Below are positions 53,718-64,000 of a DNA stretch of 64,000 bases, piece after piece. Below the pieces are notes generated by a model that saw only the letters and a program-made list of their open reading frames with translations, searched no databases and had not been told where the DNA came from. The stretch is taken from the NCBI RefSeq assembly GCF_009914755.1, contig NC_060934.1; one strand, 5' to 3'. The position numbers were made by a program, and so were the translations under genes. The stretch's first letter is position 1, and each line of letters opens with the position of its first letter. Source of the stretch: the human T2T-CHM13v2.0 reference genome, Homo sapiens.

Positions 53718-54271
53718 CAGTCAATGCTTGTCATTCTCAGTACTTCTGTTCTCTAAAGTCACCAAGAACAGTGAATTAGCAAATACAGTCAGCTCTCCGA
53801 ATCCATGGATTCCAAAACCTCAGATTCAACCAACCCTGGATTGATAATGTAATTAGGCCTATGATGGTTACATCTGTACTAAACATGTCTATTTTACTTC
53901 TTGCCATTATTCCCTAAACAATATAGTATAACAACTATTTACATGGTATTTACATTGTATTAGGTGTTATAAGTAATCTAGAAATGATTTAAAGTATACA
54001 GGAGGGTGTGCATAGATTATATGCAAACACTATGCCATTTTATATCAGGGCCTTGCATATCTTTGGATTCTCGTATCCGCAGATGGTCCTGGAACAAATC
54101 CCCCAAGGATACCAAGAGACAATTATGCTGAACCATTGTTCCCAGGAGAAATATGGGGTATGTTCCTACCAGCCCTGACCATAGCATTTTTGTCAACCAA
54201 TCCATATATAACTTTGTTTTATGTATGTTTCTGTTTAAAGGCACCTTATTTAATATAAAGTGTTGATTCAT
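53718..54271 (+). mobile_element. MER82-like Tigger element interrupted by MER2/MER2B (53786-54125)
   Basis: Host halves ...gtgaattagcaaata | ctgaaccattgttcccagg join across the insert; MER2 ttattccctaaacaatatagtataacaactatttaca...tcctggaacaaatccccc. Confidence 0.75.
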
Positions 54272-54655
54272 TGGTGGGTAAGTAGTTGGTTGGTTAGCGG
54301 GTGGTTTGTTGGCTGACTGGTTGGTGGGTAAGTGGTTTTTGGTTGGTTGGTTAGTTGGTGGTTGGTTGGTGCTTGACTGGTTGGTTGGTGATTGGCTAAT
54401 TGGTTGGTTGGTGGTTGATTAGTTGGTTGGTTGGTAGGTGGGTGAGTGGTTGGTTGGTTGGTTGGTAGGTGGGTGAGTGGTTGGTTGGTTTGTTGGTAGG
54501 TAGGTGAGTGCTTGGTTGGCTGGTTGGTGGTTGATTGCTTGGATGGTTAGTGGTTTATAGGCAGTTGGTGATTTGTTGGTTGGCTGGTGGGTGGGTGAGT
54601 GAATGAGTGTGTGGTTGGTGTGTGGTCGGTTCGTTGATTGGTTGTTGGCTGGTTG
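54271..54655. repeat. Degenerate (TGGT)n tetranucleotide tract
   Basis: ggttggttggtt iterations over about 380 bp. Confidence 0.95.
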
Positions 54656-56414
54656 AATGAATTAATAAATTTTGCTCTCAAAAGCTCATAGTCCCCCCCA
54701 AATCCCTTCTCCATCTGTCATAAAGTCTGATATTTCTAAAGTAAAGATCCTCGATTAAAAAGCATCATGGAAATGTAAATATTTAAACTGGATCACAGAA
54801 CTATCTTTCCTGGGAGGTGAGAACTCACTAATGAGTTAATGAATGGCACAGGATTCATTTCTCCAGTCATTTTTCCCTTATGATTCCATGACACCCGTGG
54901 AAAGAATGGGCACAAGGTTGGTATGTGTCTATGGAAAAGAGGGAAGAAGTAAGAAAACATCTGGAGTAAGACTTTCCTCTCTAGTCCTAGAAAAAACCAT
55001 TGTGATGCCAGGAAAAAAAATTATCTTCTCTCAAAAGAGTGTGTTTACCTTTAGACAACAGCTATCTGTTGTAAAGGCTCATCAGTCCCTCAGTGTGTCA
55101 CTGTGATCACAAATCTCCAGAAAAGGAAGATTTTGCAGGCAAAGTTTCTGGGAAACATTTCACAAGAGAACGGCAGCCCAGCAAAATGTGCATTTGGGGA
55201 GCCTGGCTTGGGACATGCATCTTACAGCCTGGTTTGCTGCCAGGATCCCCCAGGACACTCTCAAAAAAACAGATCTCTAGGCTCCCCCGAAACCTTTGGA
55301 AATATTCTTGAGGGACCAAACAAGAAGCAGATACTTCCGAGAAGCCCACCAGGTGAATCTGACGATGAGCCCAGGTGTGGAATCTCAGGCAAGGCCTGGT
55401 GGAAAATCCGTGGTCTGCGAGGAGAGCTGCCTGGGAACCCGGCACGACAGGGAGACACTTGAAGGAGGGGCACATGCGCCAGAGGTGAAGCTTTGCCCTC
55501 TCCAGCACAGAGTGGGCCGTGAGCTGTCCGCCACAAAGGCGGAGAGATGAGGTAAGAGGGAGGCTGCATTGTTTTGATGTCCAGGCACAGACTTGGCATC
55601 CACCAGCCCAGGCAGCGCCACAGCCAGGCTGGCTCTGGAGGAAAGGGTGGGCCATGGCTTTGAAGCCAGGCAGGCACACTTCCTCCAGGGCCCGGGTCTG
55701 CATGCAGGGGCACGAGACTCAGAAGCCAGCTCGCCCATCTGTTTCCGTTACATGCAGATGGGGCAGAGGGCGGAGGGCGCAGGGCTGGATGGGGACCAGA
55801 CTGTGAAGCCTTCGGGGACTGCGTCCAGCTGCATCACAGGTCTCATCTGGCCCAAGGAGGCCGGTGGGGCGGTGTCAGGGAAGCCCAGTGTCCAGGGCTT
55901 TGAGTGCTAATTCTTCTTCCTGGACATCGGTCCCCCTCCTCACTAGCTGGAGGCAGGGTCCCTGCCTTGCTTTTGCAGGCACCCAGTGCCTGTCGTCAAG
56001 CCTGGCCTACAATAAGTATGTGGTAAACATTCATTAAGTTGAACTGAATGCTCCTTTCAGTGAGAAGATGAGCTCTTCCATCTCTCTCATTAGACAGAGG
56101 TCCCCATCAAGGGGTTCACATCAACTGGTTGTTAACAAAAAGAGGGACCCTGGCCCAGCCAGCACCTGCACACAGGAAGCATTCAGTGATGCTGGCTTTG
56201 TTGATTTGCAATGACCATCTGCAAAACTCTCTTCCCTTTATCCGGGTGTGGGTTTGGTTCCTGTGTATCCAGATGAACGTAATTGCCATCATCGATACCA
56301 GATACCCAACCATGACCCCTTCTTTTCCCCTTTTTTCAACTTCTACTCTAAGTGTAAACAAGTTAAATGATTTGGGGTTGTTTTGCCCTCATCTGATTCA
56401 AAAAGAGGTGATGA

Positions 56415-56590
56415 AGCATCTCGGTTCTACCAGCTGTGTGATCACAGAAAAATTGCTCAACCTCTCTGAGTGCCAGTTTTCTCAACTGCTAAATGGATTT
56501 ACAAAACCCACCTCGCAGAGTAATTAGAAGGATTCGTGTACCTAATGCACTGGAACAGAGGCGGTGGTTGATATCTAGAAACTAGTATTA
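56415..56590 (+). mobile_element. MIR
   Basis: ctaccagctgtgtgatc...ctcaacctctctgagtgccagttttctcaactgctaaatgg. Confidence 0.65.
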
Positions 56591-58255
56591 TAATATTCTC
56601 CATCCTGGGACAGTCTAGCCCTAGGGACTGGATCCCAAGATCATGGTGTCCCAGAGAACTTTGACCTTCACAGCTGCAAACAGATGGAGGGACAGGGCTC
56701 AGAGGTTCAGCAGGTCCCTTCTGTTCATAGAACCCATTGCTTTGTAAACAAAGTCCTATCTATTCATAGCGACAGAGTTTGAACCTCCTTGCATTTTTGT
56801 TCATGCATTTACACAAATGTGTGTTTTATGCCTTGTTTACAAGTGTGAGTGGTGTGCTTACTGGGTGGGGACCCGCACACTCCAGGCTTGGACACTCAAA
56901 CAAAGAGCTTCCCAGGCCCAGCGCCAGGCCCCTACAGGAGCCCAGGTCCTTATCCTCGGGGACCCTGCGTTCCTGATCACAGCCTTTGTTCTCTGGACCT
57001 GAGATCAAAGGTCCAGAGGAGGTAGTTTGCTGGCAGCCAAAACTCGTTGGATGGTGGAGTCAGACGGAAGGGTTCTTGGATCAAGGTTCATCCCATGGAC
57101 CATCTACTCACTAAGGTGAATGGAAGCAAAATTTATCAATACTTTTTATAAGTTGATGCAAGTTTATGGATATTTATTAACACAATGTACTGAATGCTTA
57201 CTACATCTGGGATTTGCAGGGCAGAGGAAGACCAACCCTAGCTCTGGCCATAATTGGGGCCCGAGCTCTCAAAGCCCACAGGTCCAGGTGCAAAGGACAG
57301 AGATTCTCCACATGGGCGCCTCCTGGGGCCGGTACAGCTCCTCACACCTGGCCCCACACCTTGGGCCCAGCCCAGGGGCATCAGTGGGCAACTCATTCTC
57401 TTTAGAATTCTTGCAGCTGGATAAATGCAGCCTGGACAGTCGATTCATGGTTATCGAATGGGGGACAACCATGGATCTTAAAAGTGATTTCGTTGATGGG
57501 TTTTCTTCCCCCTTTGGGCTGTAGGTTTGGTCCGGGCTGGCCGGGAACAGAGCCGTTTAACACCGCGCTTATGCACCATTAGGGGCTTGGATGCGTTTGC
57601 TCCTGATCCAGGTCAGAGATTCCCAACTTTCTCTTCTGAGGAGCTGCTCTTATCTATCCTGAAATTTGGTTTTAGCCATGGAAGAGGTTTCTCAGAGCAC
57701 AACCAGTAGGCTCCGTACCAGCTTCTTCCCCCGAGAATATTTGTCAGCAGTCAGGAGGAAGGCATGACAGCAGGACCTTCTTAGAGGGCGACAGCCAGGT
57801 GGCACAGTGGCCAGCACCACTCAGGGCAGCTGGCGCCCCATCCTCCAGGAGCTGGAGCTGTTGCAGAAGGGTCTGGGTCACTCCTGCCCCTCCAGGAGGC
57901 AGAACCCCAAGAGTCCATCCCTAGGCTTGGAGGAGCCGCATCAGCCTCCTAACCTCTCTCTTCTTGTCATTGCCACATCTCACATACAAGAACAAGCATG
58001 TCTGCAGCCTCTGAGCACTCGGCCAACAGCTGTAGGCCTGCCCACTTCTCAAACCCATTCGGATTGCAAAGCCCCAAGCTCTACACGCCCAGCACTAGAA
58101 AGAGTGGCTCTTTGCTTCTTCACTGGGATGGGCTCACACAGATCCAAAAACCTCCTCCCCAGTTCCATTCAGCCTTCTCCAGACAAGCACCAAAATGCTT
58201 CCTTCTGCCTCTCCTTGGCATGTGCTTGTGATGCACTTGCTCACGCGGCTTTTTA

Positions 58256-58710
<455 letters not shown>

Positions 58711-61524
58711 CCTAAAGTTCAGAGGATTAAATACACTGCTGAGGACAAAGACGATGACTTTCCCCAGTGATCCTCCAGGCTCCCTCACCAGAGTTATTTA
58801 ACCCAGCTCATCCAGGCCCCTGAGAGAAATTAAACATTAAGCAAAGAGAAATCATGCAGCGGGCAAGTGACGAGAGCAGCCAGAGAATACACTGAGACTC
58901 CCAACTCCCACCCAGTCCACTTCTAGCAGGAATATCCACTTCCCTGGAGACATTTCCACTGGGTGACTGACATCTTCTAGGGCAGATGTGACAATTTAGC
59001 AAGCAGAGCTGGAAGGACTCGCAGGCTGGCGGGCTATGCAGATATATAAGTCAGTGGCATCGAGTGTCCCAGGTTGGAAACGTGAGCAAATCAACCAGTG
59101 TTCCGTATTCATCCCGTAAAGGAAGTTGGTGCATAGTCTCACAACTTACTGAGAACTCGCCATGAGTCAAGGTCTCTGCTAAGAGTTTTTGATGCATTAT
59201 CTCATAAAATTCTCATGATAGCCCCAGGAGGTGGTTATTGTTATTTGAGGACCAGAAACCTCTAGCAGCCAAACTGGGTTCCAAGGTCAGGGCCCATTAA
59301 GTTGCAAATCCGGCCTTCATCACACCTCAGCGGCTCTGTCACTGGCGTGAGATGCTGGCTCTGTGTGTGTGACATCTGAGAACAGCATCCACCTCCACGC
59401 ACCCAGCAACTTCCTGCAGTGCCTGGGCCTGCTACGAGGTCATCTTACAGGAGGTTCAGGACAATATGCAGCTGCTCCACCAGAGTGAGTGGTACAGGGT
59501 GTTCTCGGCCTGATAAATACACGAGGAATTTAATTATCTGACGGGCAGAAGCTCCCGGGCTGCCCAGGCCTGCTGCACAGCCAGCCGAGAAAGAAGAATC
59601 AGGTTATGAGACTTCATGAGGTCAGCAGGTGGGGCGGCGGGGTTGCCCCCATGCAGGAGCCCCCTCGAAGGGCCGGCACACACAGATTTCTCTGGACCAG
59701 TCACAGTCTGAGTGAAAGGCACCAAGAAGGGGAAGAGAGAGGTGCAGAGAGGCTGCGGGGATGAGAGGAACTGAGTAAGAAGAGTAAGGCTGGAACCCAG
59801 GGGTCCCGACCCTTATCACAGCAACGCAATGACGCCACCCCCCAGCTCTTACAGAGAACGCTCATGGGACAAATGCTGATCATCTATTAACCCATTCCAT
59901 CTTCTCAGCCACCCCTGAGGGCCCGGTGTCATGGATGAGGAAACCGAGGCTCACAGAAAGTGGCCTGCCTGGGGTCCCGCCGCGAGGGAGACCTCCTCTC
60001 CATCACATGCCTTTCTGCTGCAGGACTTCACCCTCCCCTGCACCTGGTTCATGATCCAGCACATTCTTCAGGATCCAAAGGCCACAGGGCAGGGTCCCAG
60101 CTGCACTCACAGGCACCTGCTGCTTTCTGGCAGTCATCGTAAACGCGCAGTGACCTTAAATAATACAGGCTACGGGACACTCAAAGGCACGTCCACAGAT
60201 GCACAGCCAGCCCGTGCAGACGCTCGGACGCTGCCTGCCCAGGTCCAAGCTGCTCTCCCACACCCCTGCAGGGCACAGCCTCCTGCCCCACCCACACTGC
60301 AGGGACCAGGTCCCTCTTCTCCATGCCTTCCTTCTCTGGAAAGCCTCCTGCTTGGGCCCCCACATGGATGTCACTTGCTTGTGATGAGCCCTCTCTGACC
60401 CGTCACTCCCACAAGGCCATCCTGGCAGGGGTAGGAGCGTGGCTTGGCCCTCATCTCGTTTACTAGCCATGGCATTTTCATTCTCTGTGCCTCTGGTTCC
60501 CCATTTATAAAGTCCCATGGCCTTGGGATTAGAGGAGTGTGTGTGTGAGGCAGGTGGCAGCCCCGTGCAGTTGAGACTCTCGCTGCTCCTGGGCTGGATG
60601 GCACCTGGTCTCACCCAGCACAGCAGTGGTCTCTGATCCACCACGTGGCCCCGGGAGGCAGGCACTCGGCACAGACTGGGTGGTCTGTAGGTGAAGGAGA
60701 GAGATCGTTCTTGAATATTTGTGCCGAGTGAGAAGGGAAAGCATAAATAACCCCAAGAGAAAAGGTTCCTTCCTAATTACAGGCCCTCGAAAGGTGGCGG
60801 CGCTCAGAAAGCAGGAAGAGCCGTAACACATTCCAGAGTTAAAGGAAAGATGTTTCCATTTTCTCCTGGCACTGCTCTATCCCTGTGAGGTTGCTTTTAC
60901 TCAACTCCCTTGTAAACTTGTGGGGGCCGATGAGTCACATGCTGATTTTGTGCCTAATTCCTTAAAGGGGGAACTACCTCATTTCTGTCGTTAATCTAAC
61001 GGCGTGGATGTCACAGAAACCAGCCCCCCACAAGGTGAGGGCTTTATTGTGACCCCAAAGCAGGACCTGGCGGAGAGAAGCTGTGGCTCCGAGGGAGGCT
61101 CTTGACAGGCACTAATGGGCTCGCCAGAGCCACACAGAACGCGAGCGGTGAGAGGTGTGACTGGAGAGGACCTGGCTGTTCCGCGGTCTCACCTGCACCT
61201 GCTCAGACCAGGTGGCTGAGGGTGGGCCTCAGGAGGGGACAAGGGGCCTTCCTGGCCAGCTGGGTGGGGGCCGGGTGAGAGGGGCATCTTTCCCCTCTGC
61301 CACCTGCCCCAGACCGAGGCCTGTTCTGCCCAGTATGTCCTCTGCCCGGCAGCTCAGAAACAAGCTCGGGGGTGGGCCCAGCGCCCGCAGCGGATGCCAG
61401 GAGGTCTCTCCCTCAGCAGGGGCACAGGAGCAGCACAGGCCAAGGCCAGGCCCACCCTTTCCTGGGCTCTCCTGCCTGCTGCGCCACCCTCCCCCAAACA
61501 CAGCCTCAGACCCATGGTGCCCAC

Positions 61525-61892
61525 TCCCTCCCTCCCTCCTTCCCTCCCTCCCTCTCTACCTGTCTCTCCCTCTCTCTCTGTCTCTCTCTCTCTGTCTCAC
61601 TCTCCCTCTGTCTCTGTGTCTCTTTCTGTGTATCTCTCTGTCATTCTCACTCTCGTTGTCTCTCTGTCTCTGTCTCCCTGTCTCTGTCTCCATCTGTCTC
61701 TGTCTCTGTGTCTCTTTCTGTGTCTCTCTGTCACTCTCTTTCATTCTCTCTGTCTCTCTCTGTCTCTGTCTCCATCTTTCGGTCTCTGTCTCTGTGTCTC
61801 TTTCTGTGTCTCTGTCACTCTCTCTCACTGTCTCTCTGTGTCTCTCCCTGTCTCTCTCTGTCTTTCTCTTTGTCTCTGTCTCCGTCTCTCAC
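61525..61892. repeat. CT/(TCTCTG)n pyrimidine-rich tract
   Basis: About 370 bp of tctctg/tctc iterations. Confidence 0.95.
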
Positions 61893-62289
61893 TCCTGTGA
61901 AGAGGCCACAGCCCCTACTCCCTGCACACACACAGCTTCTCTGCCCTTGGTCCCCCCAGACCTTTGCTGCCACTCCCTCTCAGTGGGGACAAGGAGGAGC
62001 AGTCAGGGGCTAAAGAGAGGGAAAGACGCAGATGCCAGACACCGAAGAAAAACCTTCAGTTTTTCCTTGAAACGCACGTGTTTCTAGTAGGGGTTCCTGG
62101 GACTTTCCAAGAGCTGGGCTCCTGTTTCCTCAGGGCCTAGTCCCTGAGCTCAGGACCTTGTACTCAGGGAAACAGAAGGCAGCCCTGGGCCCCAGAGCTC
62201 CCCTGCGAGTGTGCACATGCTCAGATGCTGACACCCGAGCCTGCACACGCCTGCACATGTATACGCTCACAGGCACATGCTGACACACT

Positions 62290-63615
62290 CAGACACACAT
62301 GCACATGCGCACACACACCCTGCACACACACACCGCGCGCACACACACACCCCGCACACGCACACCCCGCACCCACACACCCCGCGCACACACACCCCGC
62401 ACACACACACCCCGCACGCACACACACACACCCCACACACATGCCCCGCACACACACCCCACACACACACACACCCCGCACACACATACCCCACACACAC
62501 ACCCCACACACACACCCCGCACACACACACCCCGCACACACACAACCCGCCCACGCACACCCCGCACACGCACACCCCGCACACGCACACCCTGCACACG
62601 CACACCCCGCACACACACCCACACACACACCCCGCACACACACACCCCACACACATGCCCCGCACACACACACCCACACACACACCCCACACACACACCC
62701 CGCACACACACACCCCACACACATGCCCCGCACACACACCCCACACACACACACACCCCGCACACACATACCCCACACACACACCCCACACACACACCCC
62801 GCACACACACACCCCACACACATGCCCCGCACACACACCCCCACACACACACCCCACACACACACCCCGCACACACACACCCCACACACATGCCCCGCAC
62901 ACACACCCCACACACACACACCCCGCACACACATACCCCACACACACACCCCACACACACACCCCGCACACACACACCCCGCACACACACAACCCGCGCA
63001 CGCACACCCCGCACACGCACACCCCGCACACGCACACCCTGCACACGCACACCCCGCACACACACCCACACACACACATGCCCCGCACACACACCCCACA
63101 CACACACCCCGCACACACACACCCCACACACATGCCCCGCACACACACCCCGCACCCACACACCCCGCACACGCACACCCCGCACACACACACACCGCGC
63201 ACGCGCACACACCCCGCACACACACACCCCGCACCCACACACCCTGCACACACACACCCCGCACCCACACACCCCGCACACACACACCCCGCACACACAC
63301 ACCCTGCACACGCACACCCTGCACACACCCACACACACACACACCCCGCACACACACACCCCACACACACACACCCCCCCACACACACCCCGCACACACA
63401 CCCCCACACACACGCACACCCCGCACACACACCACAGCCACACCCCACACACACACACCCCGCACACGCACACCCCGCACACACACACACCGCGCACACA
63501 CACACACCCCGCACACACACCCCGCACACACACCCCCACACACACGCACACCCCGCACACACACCACAGCCACACCCCACACACACACACCCCACACACG
63601 CACAACCCACACACG
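62290..63615. repeat. CA-rich VNTR, unit ~ CCCC(G/A)CA(CA)n of 13-17 bp, with higher-order blocks
   Basis: About 1.3 kb of ccccgcacacacaca variants. Confidence 0.97.
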
Positions 63616-63874
63616 CCTTGTTCCTCAGCACATCATCCCCATAGAGGTAAAGGGTGTGTATATGAACCAAGCAAGCAACCTAAATGAATGCAAAGTATGT
63701 ATAATGAAATACACAGCGTGATCTCCACGACAAGAAGCTAAAAACGATGCATGCCTAAACCCCCATGGCCCAGGTGTTAGGAGGCCTTGGTTATCCTTTG
63801 TCCCTCCTCTGGCACCTCCGTCCCCTACTTACAGCTCAGCGTGTGCCCAATGTTAAAGGTGCTGAAGTTCTTCG

Positions 63875-64000
63875 TTTTTTTTTTTGTTTTTTTTTTGAAA
63901 TGGCGTCTCACTCTGTCGCCCAGGCTGGAGTGCAATGGCACGATCTCCAATCACTGCAATCTCCGCCTCTCAGGTTCGAGCAATTCTTCTGCCTCAGCCT
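63875..64000 (-). mobile_element. AluS, cut by the window end
   Basis: Poly-T, gtctcactctgtcgcccaggctggagtgcaatgg. Confidence 0.9.

Noticed and set aside
61212-62087. 291-aa Leu/Ser/Cys-rich ORF that looks hydrophobic
   Set aside because: Translation of the (TCTCTG)n tract
62221-63721. 440-500-aa His/Thr/Pro- and Cys/Val/Gly-rich ORFs on both strands
   Set aside because: The CA-rich VNTR has almost no T on + and no A on -, so stops cannot form; not metallothionein- or keratin-associated-protein-like genes

Overview
Human-like (primate) genomic DNA, not microbial. It carries one clear protein-coding gene, the intronless calmodulin-like gene CALML3 (10354-10803, +), which places the window at 10p15.1 by established knowledge. 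The gene sits in a CpG-rich segment with an AATAAA about 700 nt downstream. From memory, the antisense lncRNA CALML3-AS1 overlaps it and runs leftward. The remaining ~52 kb is non-coding and contains 16 Alus, L1/L2/MIR fragments, solo LTRs (ERV1-type, MER57, MLT1), DNA transposons (Charlie1, MER45A, MER91, MER82/MER2), microsatellites and minisatellites. Almost all other ORF-track entries are chance, Alu-derived or low-complexity ORFs. I found no new multi-gene system. The best leads are: (1) a tandem p63/p53 + GRHL composite element at ~36.5 kb, a candidate epithelial enhancer; (2) an in-frame GUG in optimal Kozak context that could extend CALML3 at its N-terminus; (3) several fold-back or templated insertion scars, including a perfect 34-bp palindrome; (4) a cluster of short tandem duplications; (5) a 1.3-kb CA-rich VNTR with higher-order structure. 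Repeat subfamily names are by-eye recognition and boundaries are approximate unless a TSD is quoted.
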